DNA from: Yuukianura sp. NJ FZ-2021
Lineage: Eukaryota
DNA length: 64,000 nt
Direction of reading: 5' to 3'
Assembly (NCBI GenBank): GCA_046563655.1
Contig: CM102286.1
Span: 1,674,001 to 1,738,000 of the forward strand
Made by a program: the position numbers and the translations under genes. Positions 40,543 through 56,048 of the stretch are shown piece by piece. The notes beneath the pieces are model-generated. The model had not been told where the DNA came from and ran no database searches. It saw only the letters and a program-made list of their open reading frames with translations. Position 1 is the stretch's first letter. Each line of letters starts with the position of its first letter.

Positions 40543-40906
40543 GATTCCAGACAACTCCGCGCCACCGTAAGTGGAAAAACTGTGCAAGATTCGAGTAAAA
40601 AACGTAAGTTATAAAACCTAACTTTTAATTTTCTAGTTGTCCTCGGAAATTAAAAAGCGGCACTTTTACGCTTTCGGTTTAAAACAATGGAAATTTTATA
40701 TTTTTTTGTTAATGTTCAAAATTTGACATTGAAATTTTTATGAGTTTCAAATTTTCGGTGACATGAGTAAAAGTTATCAAGCTTTGCGGCTGAATCTAAC
40801 TTTTATTTAATTTCAAATCAATTTTTTGCAAATCGCATTAATGTGAGAGTGAGCAGGAAAATAAGTTAACATATGATAAATCGTAAACTTGAATTTTGTG
40901 TTTTGT

Positions 40907-43533
<2,627 letters not shown>

Positions 43534-44464
43534 ACTTATTCTGGAACTTTTTGTACTGAATCTGTACAGTAAAGTTGCAAAAACACTAGTGTTTTTTAGA
43601 TTATTTTTTAAAGTTGTGCACAGGAGGGAGTAATAGTTTGTGTCCGTGGGAGAAAATTTAACAAACTTCTGCTACTTTTACCATAAAAATAAAATAAAAT
43701 TTCACATCAACCTTTGTGATGTTATGTTTTGTATGTTGAATGTTATTTAGTTCGTTCTTAAAGTTGTGTATAGTCAGTCTACCATTTGATTCCAAGGTTA
43801 ATGTATAAAAAAAATAACCGGTTTCTTTTGTCTATCTTTTAGTGTTTAGTCTCCAATGAAGCATTGTAGATCGCATACAAACAAAAAAAGTTAATATACT
43901 GAAGCCTTTATACAATATAAGTAGGAAGCGCTAGCAGCGGTGTAGTGCTAATTTTGAAAAAAATTAACAAGCGATAATTATTTGTGTAAATTTTTATAAA
44001 AACAGAAACATGATACTTTTGATGTTAAAATTCTTTACACTTACCCTAAAACGACCACAACACTCTATGCATCTTTTTACTTATGCAGAATGGGGTTCTG
44101 GTTGGAGTAAGGTTTAACGATTCTAATTTTAGCCACATCGCATGGGTGGCTACACCATGCGGCGACGTTTGTTGCCACTTTAGGTTAGCTATTTATTGAG
44201 TAAGAGCGGATACACATGTTGCCACCAAGTGCAGCCACCTATTGTAAGCACACAAACGTCCGGAGTGAGTGAGACTTGCGACTACAATGACGGCCGTTAA
44301 TCCTTACTTTGACCGACCGTTTAGTCAAAACTTTAGTTTTTGCTGAAATCAAAGCTACCGTGATTTTTTTCTCAGAAAAATGCGTACATTGCATTGTTTT
44401 GTGACTTTGACCTCGATTGGTAACAAAAACACTTGTAAACATACTAATTAACTTCTATCATGAG

Positions 44465-45100
44465 TTATTTAAAAACAGTTATTTTCCTACTAAAGTTTTA
44501 ACGTTTTGAAATTTGCAATTATGTAATTTAAAAAGAGTGATTTTCCTGCTAAATTTTTAACGTTTTGAAATTTAGAATTATGTTATTTAAAAAGTGTAAT
44601 TTTCCTACTAAGTTTTTAACGTTTTGAAATTTAAAATTATTTTATTTAAAAAGAGTGATTTTCCTACTAAAGTTTTAATTTTCTGGAATTTGGAATTATG
44701 TCATTTAAAACGAGTGATTTTCCTACTAAATTTTTAACTTTTTGGAATTTGGAATTAAGTCATTTCAAACGAGTGATTTTCCTACTAAATTTTTAACTTT
44801 TTGGAATTTGGAATTATGTCATTTCAAACGAGTGATTTTCCTACTAAATTTTTAACTTTTTGGAATTTGGAATTATGTCATTTAAAAAGAGTGATTTTCC
44901 TACTAAATTTTTAACTTTTTGGAATTTGGAATTATGTTATTTAAAAAGAGTGATTTTCCTACTAAAATCTTAACTTTTTGGAATTTGGAAGTATGTAATT
45001 TAAAAAGAGTGATTTTCCTACTAACTTTTTAACGTTTTGAAATTTAAAATTATTTAATTCAAAAAAAGTGATTTTCCTACTAACTTTTAACGTTTCGAAC
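44465..45100. repeat. About 59-bp AT-rich tandem repeat, about 11 copies
   Basis: Unit ATTTAAAAAGAGTGATTTTCCTACTAAATTTTTAACTTTTTGGAATTTGGAATTATGT repeated with variants. Confidence 0.93.
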
Positions 45101-46345
45101 TTCAAATTTCGAAGACAAAAGTTATGCCACTCTTTTCAGTTTTGAATTTCAAAATACTGGTCGCGATCTCAAATAATAAACTAAAAATTGCGGCAATCAA
45201 TACATTTCTGGGTTTTAGGGCCACCATTTCAGAATTCAAAGGAAATTAAAACATAAATTAAGCTTTTTCTAAACTTAGGAAAAGATTTGCATGAGATTTG
45301 AAACTTGTTTTGATGTACGGATCCAGAGGCCTGGAAAATGAAAAATAAAGACTAAAATTACTAGTTTAGATTTCCCACATTAAGGAAAATGACCTGGACA
45401 ACATATGGAATTCCCACGCGTCTACAACATTCTAACTGCAAAGTGTAAATACTAAAATAGCTTTAAAGATTTTCATGCTCATTAAATATATGAGTGCAAG
45501 TGTACACTCATTACACGTGCTGAAACCTAGCCTAATGATAACTTAATTACAACCTAAATTAACAAACTACATCAACATCAACTTTATTTCTACAAAAAAA
45601 AACTCCCTTAGGAAAGTCTCGTATTTTGCCCTAACTTTTGCAAATAAAAAAAACTGGAAAACTTTTCATTTGTTTTCCTTATTTGATATTCTTGGAACAA
45701 AAAATTTAAAAAACAAGTTTTTTCAACAAAGAAAAACTTTTAATTGGGTCCAGTTCCACGACTTTGGTACGTAACAATGCAACTTTAAAATTCTTTGTGT
45801 TTATGTTCAGGTAAAGTTAATGTTGGTTTCAAATCTGCTTCAGTAAGACGTAACCACGAAGTGGTAGGTTACAGTGTAATTCCGCTTGTTAAGTTAGTTT
45901 TTAAAGAAAAAACTAAAAAGTTGCTTCATTTTTGTATCTCTAAAGCAAAATTGAGCAATAGTGGACATCCTCCTTCGTAATTGAAGTTCGGACTTTGAAT
46001 TTTGGAGTCGTTCATATTTTTTTAGCTCTTCACAAAACCTGAATTTATCCCCTGAGGGTTCCTTTGATCTTCCTTGTTGTGGCATAGGTTATCCGGACAC
46101 TTTAAAGCGGATCTTAACATCTTCTGTTTTCACTTTTACTTTTAAGAGTCAAGTTCAATGTGAAGGGGTTGAGTGCACAACTTCCTTCATTTCTAATCCG
46201 GAATGAGTAACTACGAGAAACAATTTTAGTGTTTTTAGTTCAAAAATTAACAACATTTTTTTAAAAGGTGCTTGACCTCAAGGAAATCCGAGTTACTTTT
46301 AGATTCAGAGCGTGAAAGCCAATCAGATTTAAGCTTTTGAAGAGG

Positions 46346-49300
46346 ATGCCACCGTTGGTTGCCTTTGGGCGGAAGTGGGCGATTGGAAGTGATGATTTTG
46401 TGTTCCCAGGAATTCGAAATTTATGTGTTAGAATACCGTGGTAAGCAAAAACCTGAAATTTCGTGGGAAATTTTAAAATTGAACACAATTTTTTTCGAAA
46501 TGGAAAAACTTGACCTACGTTAACTTCCTTTGTAAAGGTGCATAGCTACCGGGGTCATTTACTGGCAAAATTATGAAAAACTGAACTGTAATGGCGGGCT
46601 GAACATCAAAATTTTTCTGTTTGGCGCCTTTGGAATTTTGAATTTGATGATTTTTGGAGATTTGGTGTTGATTTACAACAGTAGCTTAGGATCGATAATG
46701 GAAACGAAGCCAAGACGATTTGTTCCTCTTTGTCTTTATGCCAAGTAAGAAGAATTCACTTCTACGCATGTGCAAAACTGTTTTTAGTCTTTTGCTAACA
46801 TAAATTGACCAATTGCAGATTAGTGTTGTACTGCACAGAGCTTGGTTGGAATTCTTGGGGTACGTGGGCTCATGCACAGAAAAAATTTGTCTGCACAGAC
46901 GCTCCTGAGCTCTCAGCTGTGATTTTAGGTAAACAGCTTCTGCGCAGCACCAATTCTGATAAACTTCCAAGGTTCTTGGACACCCGAACTGTATTTTCTA
47001 CAACAGGTTGTCCAATAACTCGGGGTTTGCAAAAATTTTGCTTCAAATGATTTTCCCCCCCAATTCCATTGCTTTACATGAAAATAATTACCATAAAAGA
47101 AAAAGTTTTTCAAATTTTTTAACAAAATGAAAAACATCGAGTTATTGGGCAACCTGGTGTAGAAAAAACATTTTCTTTTGTTTACGAACCTTGATAAACG
47201 TCGTTACGCAAGTTTTTTGTTGTTGTTGTTGTTGCAGGACTTATAATTTGTAACTGGTTGCTGCTGTTGTTGTTTTTAATTTTCTGGGTGAGACAATTTG
47301 ACCCGGCGGGCACAAAAGCGCCAAATTTTGAACTCATTCCGTCTGACGTCTTTGACTATTTGCGTGGACCTCCAGCCACTTCCAGAAGTGGGCATTGGTT
47401 CTGCAGGCTCCGCCTATTTTTCATTCTGGTTTGTGGTGAAGCCAAGGCAAAGGCACTGCGTCAAGTGTACCAAACAGCAGCAAGTGAGTCTGCGCATGCC
47501 TTGAAAAATCCAGGCTTCTAACCACTATTTATGTCTTTTCCAGGAGGATTTGCGTACATGTTCATGCACTATGACCTCGTCCAATCAGATCTCGTCGCTG
47601 GCACATTTCTGTGTGGTGTCAAAACAAGAATTGCCCGGGAAAAACTTGTTGAACAAACGTACGGGTCAAGTGGGTTCACGTTGAAGTCAAGCATCAACTT
47701 TGACCCGGCAGCCAAAAGTTCAAAATCTCACATTCGGTTGCCGCCGTCCGACGATTGGAACTCGATCAAAAACGTTCGTTATTTCTTCAAATATGCCGTT
47801 ACGATATTCACCATTCCTGCAAACTTTGTGTTTTTTCGGAACAAGTTCATCAAGTCCTTCTGCTGCAACATCCAGTGCTGCAATTGTTTACCGTAAAAAT
47901 GAAACATAAAAAATATATTATAATTTATGAAAAAAAATATAATTAACTAAATTATGTGATAAAATATCAAGTGCAGATTTGGTTTGAATTTCAGTGGAAG
48001 AAAAAAACCGGTTCGGATTGTCCAGGATAATTTTTTTTATGGAAAAACAGCAGCGATTCGAACCGTAGTTGAAGACAAAGATTTGGCTTACGCTTCCTAC
48101 GATAACTCAGATTTCTGCTGTCCGTTTTTCGTTGCGCTTGATCACTCTACCAAGAGCATCGTAATTTCAATTCGTGGTAGTTTTTCATCAGTGGACTTCC
48201 TTGTAGACTGCAGTGTCATACCAACACCTATGGAGGTTCCAGGACTTCCAGCAGAATTCAAGGTCAGAAGTCTGAATTTGAAAAAAAAAACTTTTAGCTT
48301 TGGCTAAAATTTAAAAATCTTGTTAAATTTTGAATTTTTTGTTGTGAAGGCTCATCATGGTTTCCTTACGGTGGCAAAAACGATTAAGAAGAAGTTGGAT
48401 GAACTGCAAGTTTTGTCGAAATTGGTCACGTCATATCCAGAATACCAAATTATGGTAACAGGTAATTTAATACAAGTTTTCAAAAGATGATTACATCAAA
48501 TTACGTTATTATTTTTCTTATGAAAAACAAATTAGCTGCGTCAGTAACCGGTTTTTGAATGGATTGTTTTTACCAGGAATTAGCTTGGGTGCAGGCGTTT
48601 CCACCATTTTGTCCATGATGCTTCATCTGGAACATAAAAATCTCAGGTGTTTAGCATACGCAGCACCAGGTAAAAACTATAGAAAACAAATGACGCAAAT
48701 GCAAAAACGTAGAAACAAAGTACGACAAAAAATATTTAATGATTCATAACTTCTTATTCCTCAAATTAAAATCTCAAAATGCTCACATTTCTATGTTTTT
48801 GCATTTGTCTATTTGTGATTTCAGAAAGGTTCGAAATTTTTGAAATCATTCAAATTTTTTCATAAGGTTCTGCCGTATCGCTGGACGCTGCGGAATATTG
48901 TAATGACTTTGTAACTTCTATCGCATACGGAGATGACATTGTTCCGCGTCTTGGAATTCCGTCGTTCAACAAAGCCTTGAATGACATTCAGTCAGTATTA
49001 CTAGAATCAAAAATTCCAAAAGTAAGAACAAATGTTTTAAATTCAAAATTGAATGTAGATCTTCGGTTTTTCGGAACTCTTTTTTTTTGTGAATTTAGTA
49101 TAAAATTCAATTTGGAATGACACTTTCCTTGCTTGGACTGAGAAAGTTTCGTACCGAGTTCCATGAAAATACTGAGCCGGCAGAGCAAACAGAAATCGTC
49201 CCAGTGATTCCGAAGCTTGTTGAAGATTTGAAGGGTGACGGCATGAATGTAGTAAATTCCGAAGCCAATCTTGTCCAGCAAAGTATCAGCGCAGAGTGCA

Positions 49301-49754
49301 TCTACTCGGTAAGCAAAAAAAGTGTCAAATGTTCAAAATGAAATGCAAACTTTCAAACTTTCATAACCTTTTCAGCCTGAAGAATTGAGGCAGCAAGGTC
49401 TGGAACGCTTCCGCCATTTCCCGGCCGGAAAAATTCTTTACTTCACGGAATCTCCAGCATACTTCAAGTACGTCGACTTTTTCAAAATTATGAAAAAATG
49501 TTATCATGTACATTAATTATCGAAAAACTAAAATTTGAAAATTCTATTTTACATTTTGCAGACGAAGAACGAAGGGCAGTGTTCCTCCACCACGATGGGA
49601 AGTCAAATGGGCCAACAGAACCGATTTCAATGACATTATTTTTTCAAATCGGATGATTATGGATCACATACCACTCAGACTTGTCAACGCCCTAAAATAC
49701 TTTTCAAAATTCTCTGAATCCGAAGTTCCTGATGTCATAAAAGATGTGAACTAA
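46346..49754 (+). CDS. Divergent diacylglycerol lipase-like protein (lipase class 3, 4-TM N-terminus)
   Basis: [56 protein letters not shown], spliced [13 protein letters not shown] and DH.P. Confidence 0.85.
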
Positions 49755-49993
49755 AGTCAAAATTGTCATTTTAAATCCGTCGCCATTTTCATACCTGATG
49801 AAACTGCTCAATTCAGTGAATTTAATTTAAAGTCGTTAAAACCGAGCTATGAGATATCCAAATATACTCAAACGTTATGTTCTTCAGTTTCTTCATATGA
49901 AGTTGCCCACAAGAACAATAAAACGAAACCGTAAAACTTACTTACTGCGAAGCTTATTGACTAAAATGAAAATTAACTTCAGTTTATCGCTAT

Positions 49994-52900
49994 TTAAAGT
50001 GGTATAGTTACGCTGCTCTTCACTTCCAGCAGTTCTTCCGGAGTCAGAAACAGTGACATCCCTGTAAAATTAACAACAATTCAAAAGTAATTATTCAGCC
50101 GCTAATTACAAAATTACTTTTGATTAATTTCGGCCAATTGATTTAAATCATACCTTGTAAACATGGTTGAACAAAGTCCACTTTGAAACAAGCGCCAACT
50201 TCTCCCGCCAATTCTTTAGTATCTTTGTTATCCCTAAACTTTTTAATGGCTCTTATGAATCGACTGTAGTTGTCTCTGCTCAGAGTGATTTTCACCTAAA
50301 ATTCGAAAAAAAAATCAACTTTAAAAAAACATGAAAGATTTCTTCATTTTTTGAATTTTAGATTTGCGTACGGTTATACCCATTGCCAGAATTCTGACGG
50401 AGATGAAAACGCGGCAACTTCGGTTGACTTTTGATTTGAAGTTTTAGTAACTTTGATTAATCGTTGTCTTGATTCCGTGATTGAAAATTTCCCCACCGGA
50501 TGGACAACTCGTAACTTCTTTTTAGGATTTCCAGATTCTGGTGCGAATTCGGACTGCTGACTGCGAAAAGATTTCCTTCCCTTCAGACCCGGAATGAACA
50601 ACGGAGAATAGTCAGGCGGCGGTGGCAGTTTCTCTGGAGATTTCTGTCTATTTGAATATGCTGCCAAGTCTTCAAACAAAGTACTTCGCGTGTCAGCCTT
50701 CTTAGAAGATGCTTTGGCTTTGTTTGAGGTTCTGGCAGATGAAGTACTAGAAGATGATTGGCTGAGTGAACTTATGCCATCTTCTGGTTCTGGTTTCGGC
50801 GAGTACAAGCTGTCGAGATCATCATCAGTTATGTCAATTACGAACGGGCTACGTTTTGATTTGGCTTTGAACTTTTCGATATCCACCTCCGTCGTTTTCT
50901 TCTGACTTGCCAGGAATCTTGCATGAGAGGCAGCACGCTCCTCCTACAAAAATTATAAGCATTATAAAAACGAAAAGTTCACTGTTTTAGCTGAGAGTTG
51001 GACATACCTGCACGGAAGATCCAAAAAACTTGGCCAATTCTGAAATTCCTTCGGAGAACTTCGTATAAGATTTGAGCCTTCCAGATACCCATTGTGACAG
51101 ATTTGATTTGACATTGAAATCATCACAGCGACCATCACAGAAAAGAATTGCTCCGTAGTCATGAGCATGTCGAATGATTCTTCCTACCGCTTGGTTCAGA
51201 GCTCTGGAAGCTTCTAGTTGATACCACTTCGCACCACTAATACTCTAAAAAAAGCAAACAGAAACATCAATTCATAGATTTCAAACTTAATCCAGCATTT
51301 CTGAGAAACAAGATCAATACATTTCCTGATGATCCCGATCCAGTACGAAATTTAACATCCAAGTACTCCCGCTTTGCAACAATTTTCGGATCTTTGGCTG
51401 GTGAGTAGGGAATGCCAGTCAGAATTACGGCTCTCCCAAAGTCGTCAGTAAAATCCAAACCTTCTGAAACCTGTGACAAACCGAAAACGCTGAATCGCTG
51501 AACGCTGAATATCGAAATCAAAAATCTATGAACAGAAGGAATAAACGCAGATTTTACCTTCCCTCTACAAACTGCCATCAAACATCCGCCCCCTGCTCGG
51601 ACAGCGGCGTAGTAATCGTCCAGTACTTGCTTAAATAGCTCCGCTGATCCACGAGGTTCCACGAGCACTTTCTAGAAATGACAAATCAATCGATTAGTTT
51701 ATCAAATGAGGTCACACTAGAAGTTATAAGTTAAGTTAAGTTAATATTTGACCTTGAACTGCTGAATAGAGGTCATAATGTTACTGTCTTTCCAACTTCT
51801 GACGCAAGAGTCCATGACGTAGTACGACGGAAAGAAAACCAAAACGCCTCCCGGAACGAGACTGCAAATCTTGGCTATAGATTCTCCCAAATCGTCCAAA
51901 TATTCTTTCTTCTCCCGATTTTCGTAAGACGACGTAAGCTGAACGTTTTTGGGACCAACTTTCATAACTCCCACAAAAAGTTGGTTGTCTTGAATGATAT
52001 GAGGATTTGAAAGCTGAATTGGAAATGGCAGTGAAAGTTCCTCTTTCAAAAACGGAATTGGCGACAGCGTTCCACTTGATAGAATGATCGATCGAGGACC
52101 AAATCGGCTTAACGTCTCCAGTCTACAATTAATCGATTATTTAGTTAAAAAAACGTTTTATAAGGTTGAAGGTTGACGACATACCCAACAGCAGGATTGA
52201 AGCACCAGAAACTGAAAACTTTTGCAGTCTGTTCCAACCCTCTAAAACCTTGTCGTGATCCGTCTTTCCGAGCTTCCATCTCAACGTATACCTGGACATA
52301 GTGTAACGTTGTTAAAACGTAGTAATCGTACGTAACGTATCGTTAGTTTCTTGTTCAGACTCACTTTGTAGGAGTCTGTGAATGTCTTCTGATGTGAATT
52401 GGAGCTGAGAATCCTGAGAATTGAACCGAACTTGTCACAACCAGTGGCTTCGTAATTGACTCCAGTCAAAAAAGTTCCTACCAAGTCCAAATCAGCTGTT
52501 AGGCGAGGAATAAGTGAAGAAGTGAATCCAGAACTGGCAAGGATGTCAACAAATCGTTCCCCTCCAAGTGTATAACCCTGAGGCTTTCCCTCCACTTTAT
52601 CCAGTTCCTGTTCCAGTGCCAAGAATTTTTGTTTGAGGCGGGCAATGCTCTGCAAATTGAGGTCTTTCGTCAGCCCAGTATTCCCGTTTTCTCCGCTTTC
52701 TTGTTGTTCTTTCAATTCATTCATGGCCTAACCAACCAAATAGAAAAAGTTGTTCAAATTATCAGCAACTGGAAAATGTTGTACTTAAAAACGTTGTGAA
52801 AAGTACTGACCTTGGTGAGTTCAAATATACAACTGGCGATGTGGCTACTTCGGATTTCAAACGAAACAGCATCTTCACACAGTTTGGGAATGTTGTGTCC

Positions 52901-53831
52901 TTCGTCCAAAATAATTATGGAGTTCTGTGTTACAGAAAATTTCGTTAAACCCAACTTACACAAAAATGATCAACGAAAAGAGTCACTTACTGCAAGATCT
53001 ATCCCATGTGTTGACCGAATCTTGGGATCCAGGATGTAGTTGTAAGGCATAAAGACAATGTCAGCATCTTTTACAAGTTCTCTGGACATGAAAAACGGAC
53101 AGAACCGGCCTTGTTTCCCCTTCTTGATAATGTCCTCGATGTCAACCACAGTTGATGTCTTAATCGTAACGTCTTCCTTCCGTTGCTGAACGTTGTTGTG
53201 GTAAGTACAAATTCGACGCTGGACTTTCGCTTGACACGCAGCAATCTTAGCCGACGAGTTGGGAATCCTCTGAACTTCTTCGTGAATGCACAGAACATCT
53301 CTTGACCCGAGTACAATCGCTTTCGTTTCTCCATAATGCGATCGTTTAAGCTCCAGCACTGCTTGTGACAGCTGAGAGTGGGTTCGAGAAGCGTAAATAA
53401 TTTTGGGGGGCTCTAAAAGACAAAGCAACAGTTAAAAATGCGTGTAGATCAAACAATATTTCAATTAATATACCAAAGGCTGCTTTGACAGCATTGCTCG
53501 ACTGGAGTGAGAGCTTGAAATCTGCTGATTGGATCATCATCCGGTAAGACTTCTTCTCCTTTTGCTGCCATGCCAGAGCGGCACAAAGAAGAGACAGTGT
53601 CTTGCCTGTTCCGGTAGGGGATTCCAGTAGACCATTGGATTTCTAAAAATCAGAAAAAAACGTTTTGTTTACCATAACAAGCAATACTTTAAAAAGGAAA
53701 TGTCATTCACTTACCGTTTGTATGCATTCAACGACTTTGGTCATCAAATCCTTTTGAATATCGTAAGGTTCAAATGGAAAATTGACTTCCAAGTCTCCAA
53801 TGTTTACAACCCGAAGACCTCGCGAACACAT
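49994..53831 (-). CDS. RTEL1: Regulator of telomere elongation helicase 1 (Fe-S SF2 helicase)
   Basis: [91 protein letters not shown], plus a C-terminal harmonin-homology-like helical domain. Confidence 0.9.
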
Positions 53832-54381
53832 GATGAATCTCTTTCCTTCCAAATTGAATACTAACCACGTCCCAGTTAAACCTTTGACCTTGACCTTTCT
53901 ATAAATTGCATACATACAATCAAAACACGAAGATACATTAGGTTACAGCAGCAGCAGTGAATTGATAGATAAGTATACCTTACCAATTCCGGAAATTGTT
54001 AATTGAAGTTAACCTTTGACCTCGTACACTAAATTAACAAATTATAACTCAACATTTGTTTTTCACTTTTGACTTTTGTTTATTTTATTGACTTGTTGCT
54101 TTGTTTTGTGAAATTTGAATAATTTTATTTGGCGCCTCAAAAACCCGCTCTCGTACGGGATTGGTCGATTTGAAATTCCCGCACCGGACAAAACTGACCT
54201 TTGCAAAACATGTAAGTCTTACTAAATAATTAAAAATACTTTACGTAGCTTTTAAAATTGAAATGAATCGTTACTACTACATACTCCGAAGGTTCGGCAT
54301 AATCGCTGAAGATTTACTTTAGATGGCCAATGCTAAACTTAATTTTAGTAGAATAAATCAACAATTAGTCCAATTATCAAC

Positions 54382-55509
54382 CTAAAGTTCATAGTATTTG
54401 CCTTTCTTAGTTATGGCATTGTATATGGCCATGATGAACCTAATGTAGTTGTCGTCATCTCTGTAGTACTTGCGCAGTATCGGTACTGGATCCCACTCTC
54501 CACTTCCAGTATCCGAGTCACCACTACTGTGGTCTCCAGTGAGGCTCCAATCAGACGGAGTTTCTTGGTTCTTCATGGAGGCTTTGAATTTTTCCCGCCT
54601 CAAATGTCGCTCATAGTCATCGAATATCTCAGTCACAACTTCTTTCTTAACGCCTGGTAACAGTCGGCTCAAAAACTCGTCGTCACTGGAGTTCTCAGAA
54701 GACCCGGGAATTGTAATGCCGATGTGCGACGGCGCAGGTTTCGAACGGTCGTCAACTTTTAGTTTATACAGAGCACGAGAAGAGGCGGTCGGAGTCACAC
54801 GACTCGTCATCTGACGCAATCTGAGCGGCAAAGTCCAAAACCACCGTAGAATAAAACAAATGAAGCTACACAGATCACATGACCTTGACCTTGATCTTTT
54901 CATTTCAACTTGTACTTGAGCATCCTGTGTTGCAAAGTTGTAAGGTTCAAGCGGTGGTTCAGGAGCGGTAAAATTCAAATTTTTCTGTGTCCGCTTCAAC
55001 AAGAAGTTCCGTTTTCTCAGTAGATCGTAATCCGATTCTTGCTGAGTGTAATCCGAACTGTCCGAGTCGTCGCTACTGGTTCGGTATCCAGCACGAACAC
55101 TTAGCAATGTTATGTTTGTGTCGGTACTGCAACGATTGTCACCATCACTGCTCAAGTTGCCATTGTCAGTAGCTTCATCATCTGCGTCGGTTTCAGTGTC
55201 AGTACCGGTTCGACTACAATCTGCGTCGGTTTCAATACCAGTACCGGTTCGACTACAATCTGCGTCGGTATCTGTGCCAGTACCGGTTTGAGTGCGATCT
55301 GATTCAACACTGTCTCCAACTTGTTCCGAAACAACTTCCGAATCCTCTTCGTCTTCCTTCTCCTCTTCTGCCACTGTACCGTAGCTTGTAGAGGAGTCTG
55401 AAATTGTGGTCCAGTCATCGCTGTTTGAACTATCTTCGTCTGACGATTTGGTGTCACTCGATTCTGGTCTATTCGCAATACAGTCTCCAGATTTTTCAGC
55501 TTTATCCAT
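54382..55509 (-). CDS. Intronless 375-aa acidic low-complexity protein of unknown function
   Basis: Long open ORF rich in D/E/S/T with a 13-aa repeat and one short hydrophobic Cys-rich stretch (CDLCSFICFILRWFW). Confidence 0.7.
   Translation of the reverse strand: MDKAEKSGDCIANRPESSDTKSSDEDSSNSDDWTTISDSSTSYGTVAEEEKEDEEDSEVVSEQVGDSVESDRTQTGTGTDTDADCSRTGTGIETDADCSRTGTDTETDADDEATDNGNLSSDGDNRCSTDTNITLLSVRAGYRTSSDDSDSSDYTQQESDYDLLRKRNFLLKRTQKNLNFTAPEPPLEPYNFATQDAQVQVEMKRSRSRSCDLCSFICFILRWFWTLPLRLRQMTSRVTPTASSRALYKLKVDDRSKPAPSHIGITIPGSSENSSDDEFLSRLLPGVKKEVVTEIFDDYERHLRREKFKASMKNQETPSDWSLTGDHSSGDSDTGSGEWDPVPILRKYYRDDDNYIRFIMAIYNAITKKGKYYEL
55181..55290 (-). repeat. Coding 39-bp tandem repeat (about 2.7 copies; TGTxTxTDADCSR)
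   Basis: Directly visible in DNA and protein. Confidence 0.85.
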
Positions 55510-56048
55510 AGTTTAACAACTACAGTAGGATACATCTTTCCAAAAACTAAAAATATTTACAAAAAAAACGTTTCAAAATATGAGGTAAAAAAACATTACA
55601 ATGGTAATAAAACACGAAGCAAAATGACGGTAGCCTTGACGACTTCGTTCCACCATTTAAAAAAATTAATGTAGAAACGAAAGAGAAAAAGAAAAGTTTG
55701 ATGAATTTTCAACATTTGCATTCACAAGTGCAATTTTTTTTAAATCGTACCAATTCAGGATCTAAAAAAAAGTTAAGTTTTCAATTTTCAAAAAAATGCT
55801 AAAAATTTTTTTAAAGTTAAAAAAAAATATTTTATAGCGTAGACGTGCCCAATGAGTAGGAGAAAGTTAGCTTTCACCGGGAATCGCCCCGAGTCCTCAT
55901 TTTTTTTGTGTACACGCATAGCAGTACGTGTGTAGCAGTGGATAAGGAATTTGATCTGTGAACATATGATCTCTACACAACTTCGTTTTTGAACAAAAAT
56001 TCTCCGAAATTTTGAAAAGTGGTTTTAGTTGTCTGAGTTTTTTAAATT

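Noticed and set aside
44465..45100. Regular repeat array that could be mistaken for CRISPR
   Set aside because: Units are contiguous 59-bp copies with no unique spacers, no cas genes, and the context is eukaryotic; it is a minisatellite.
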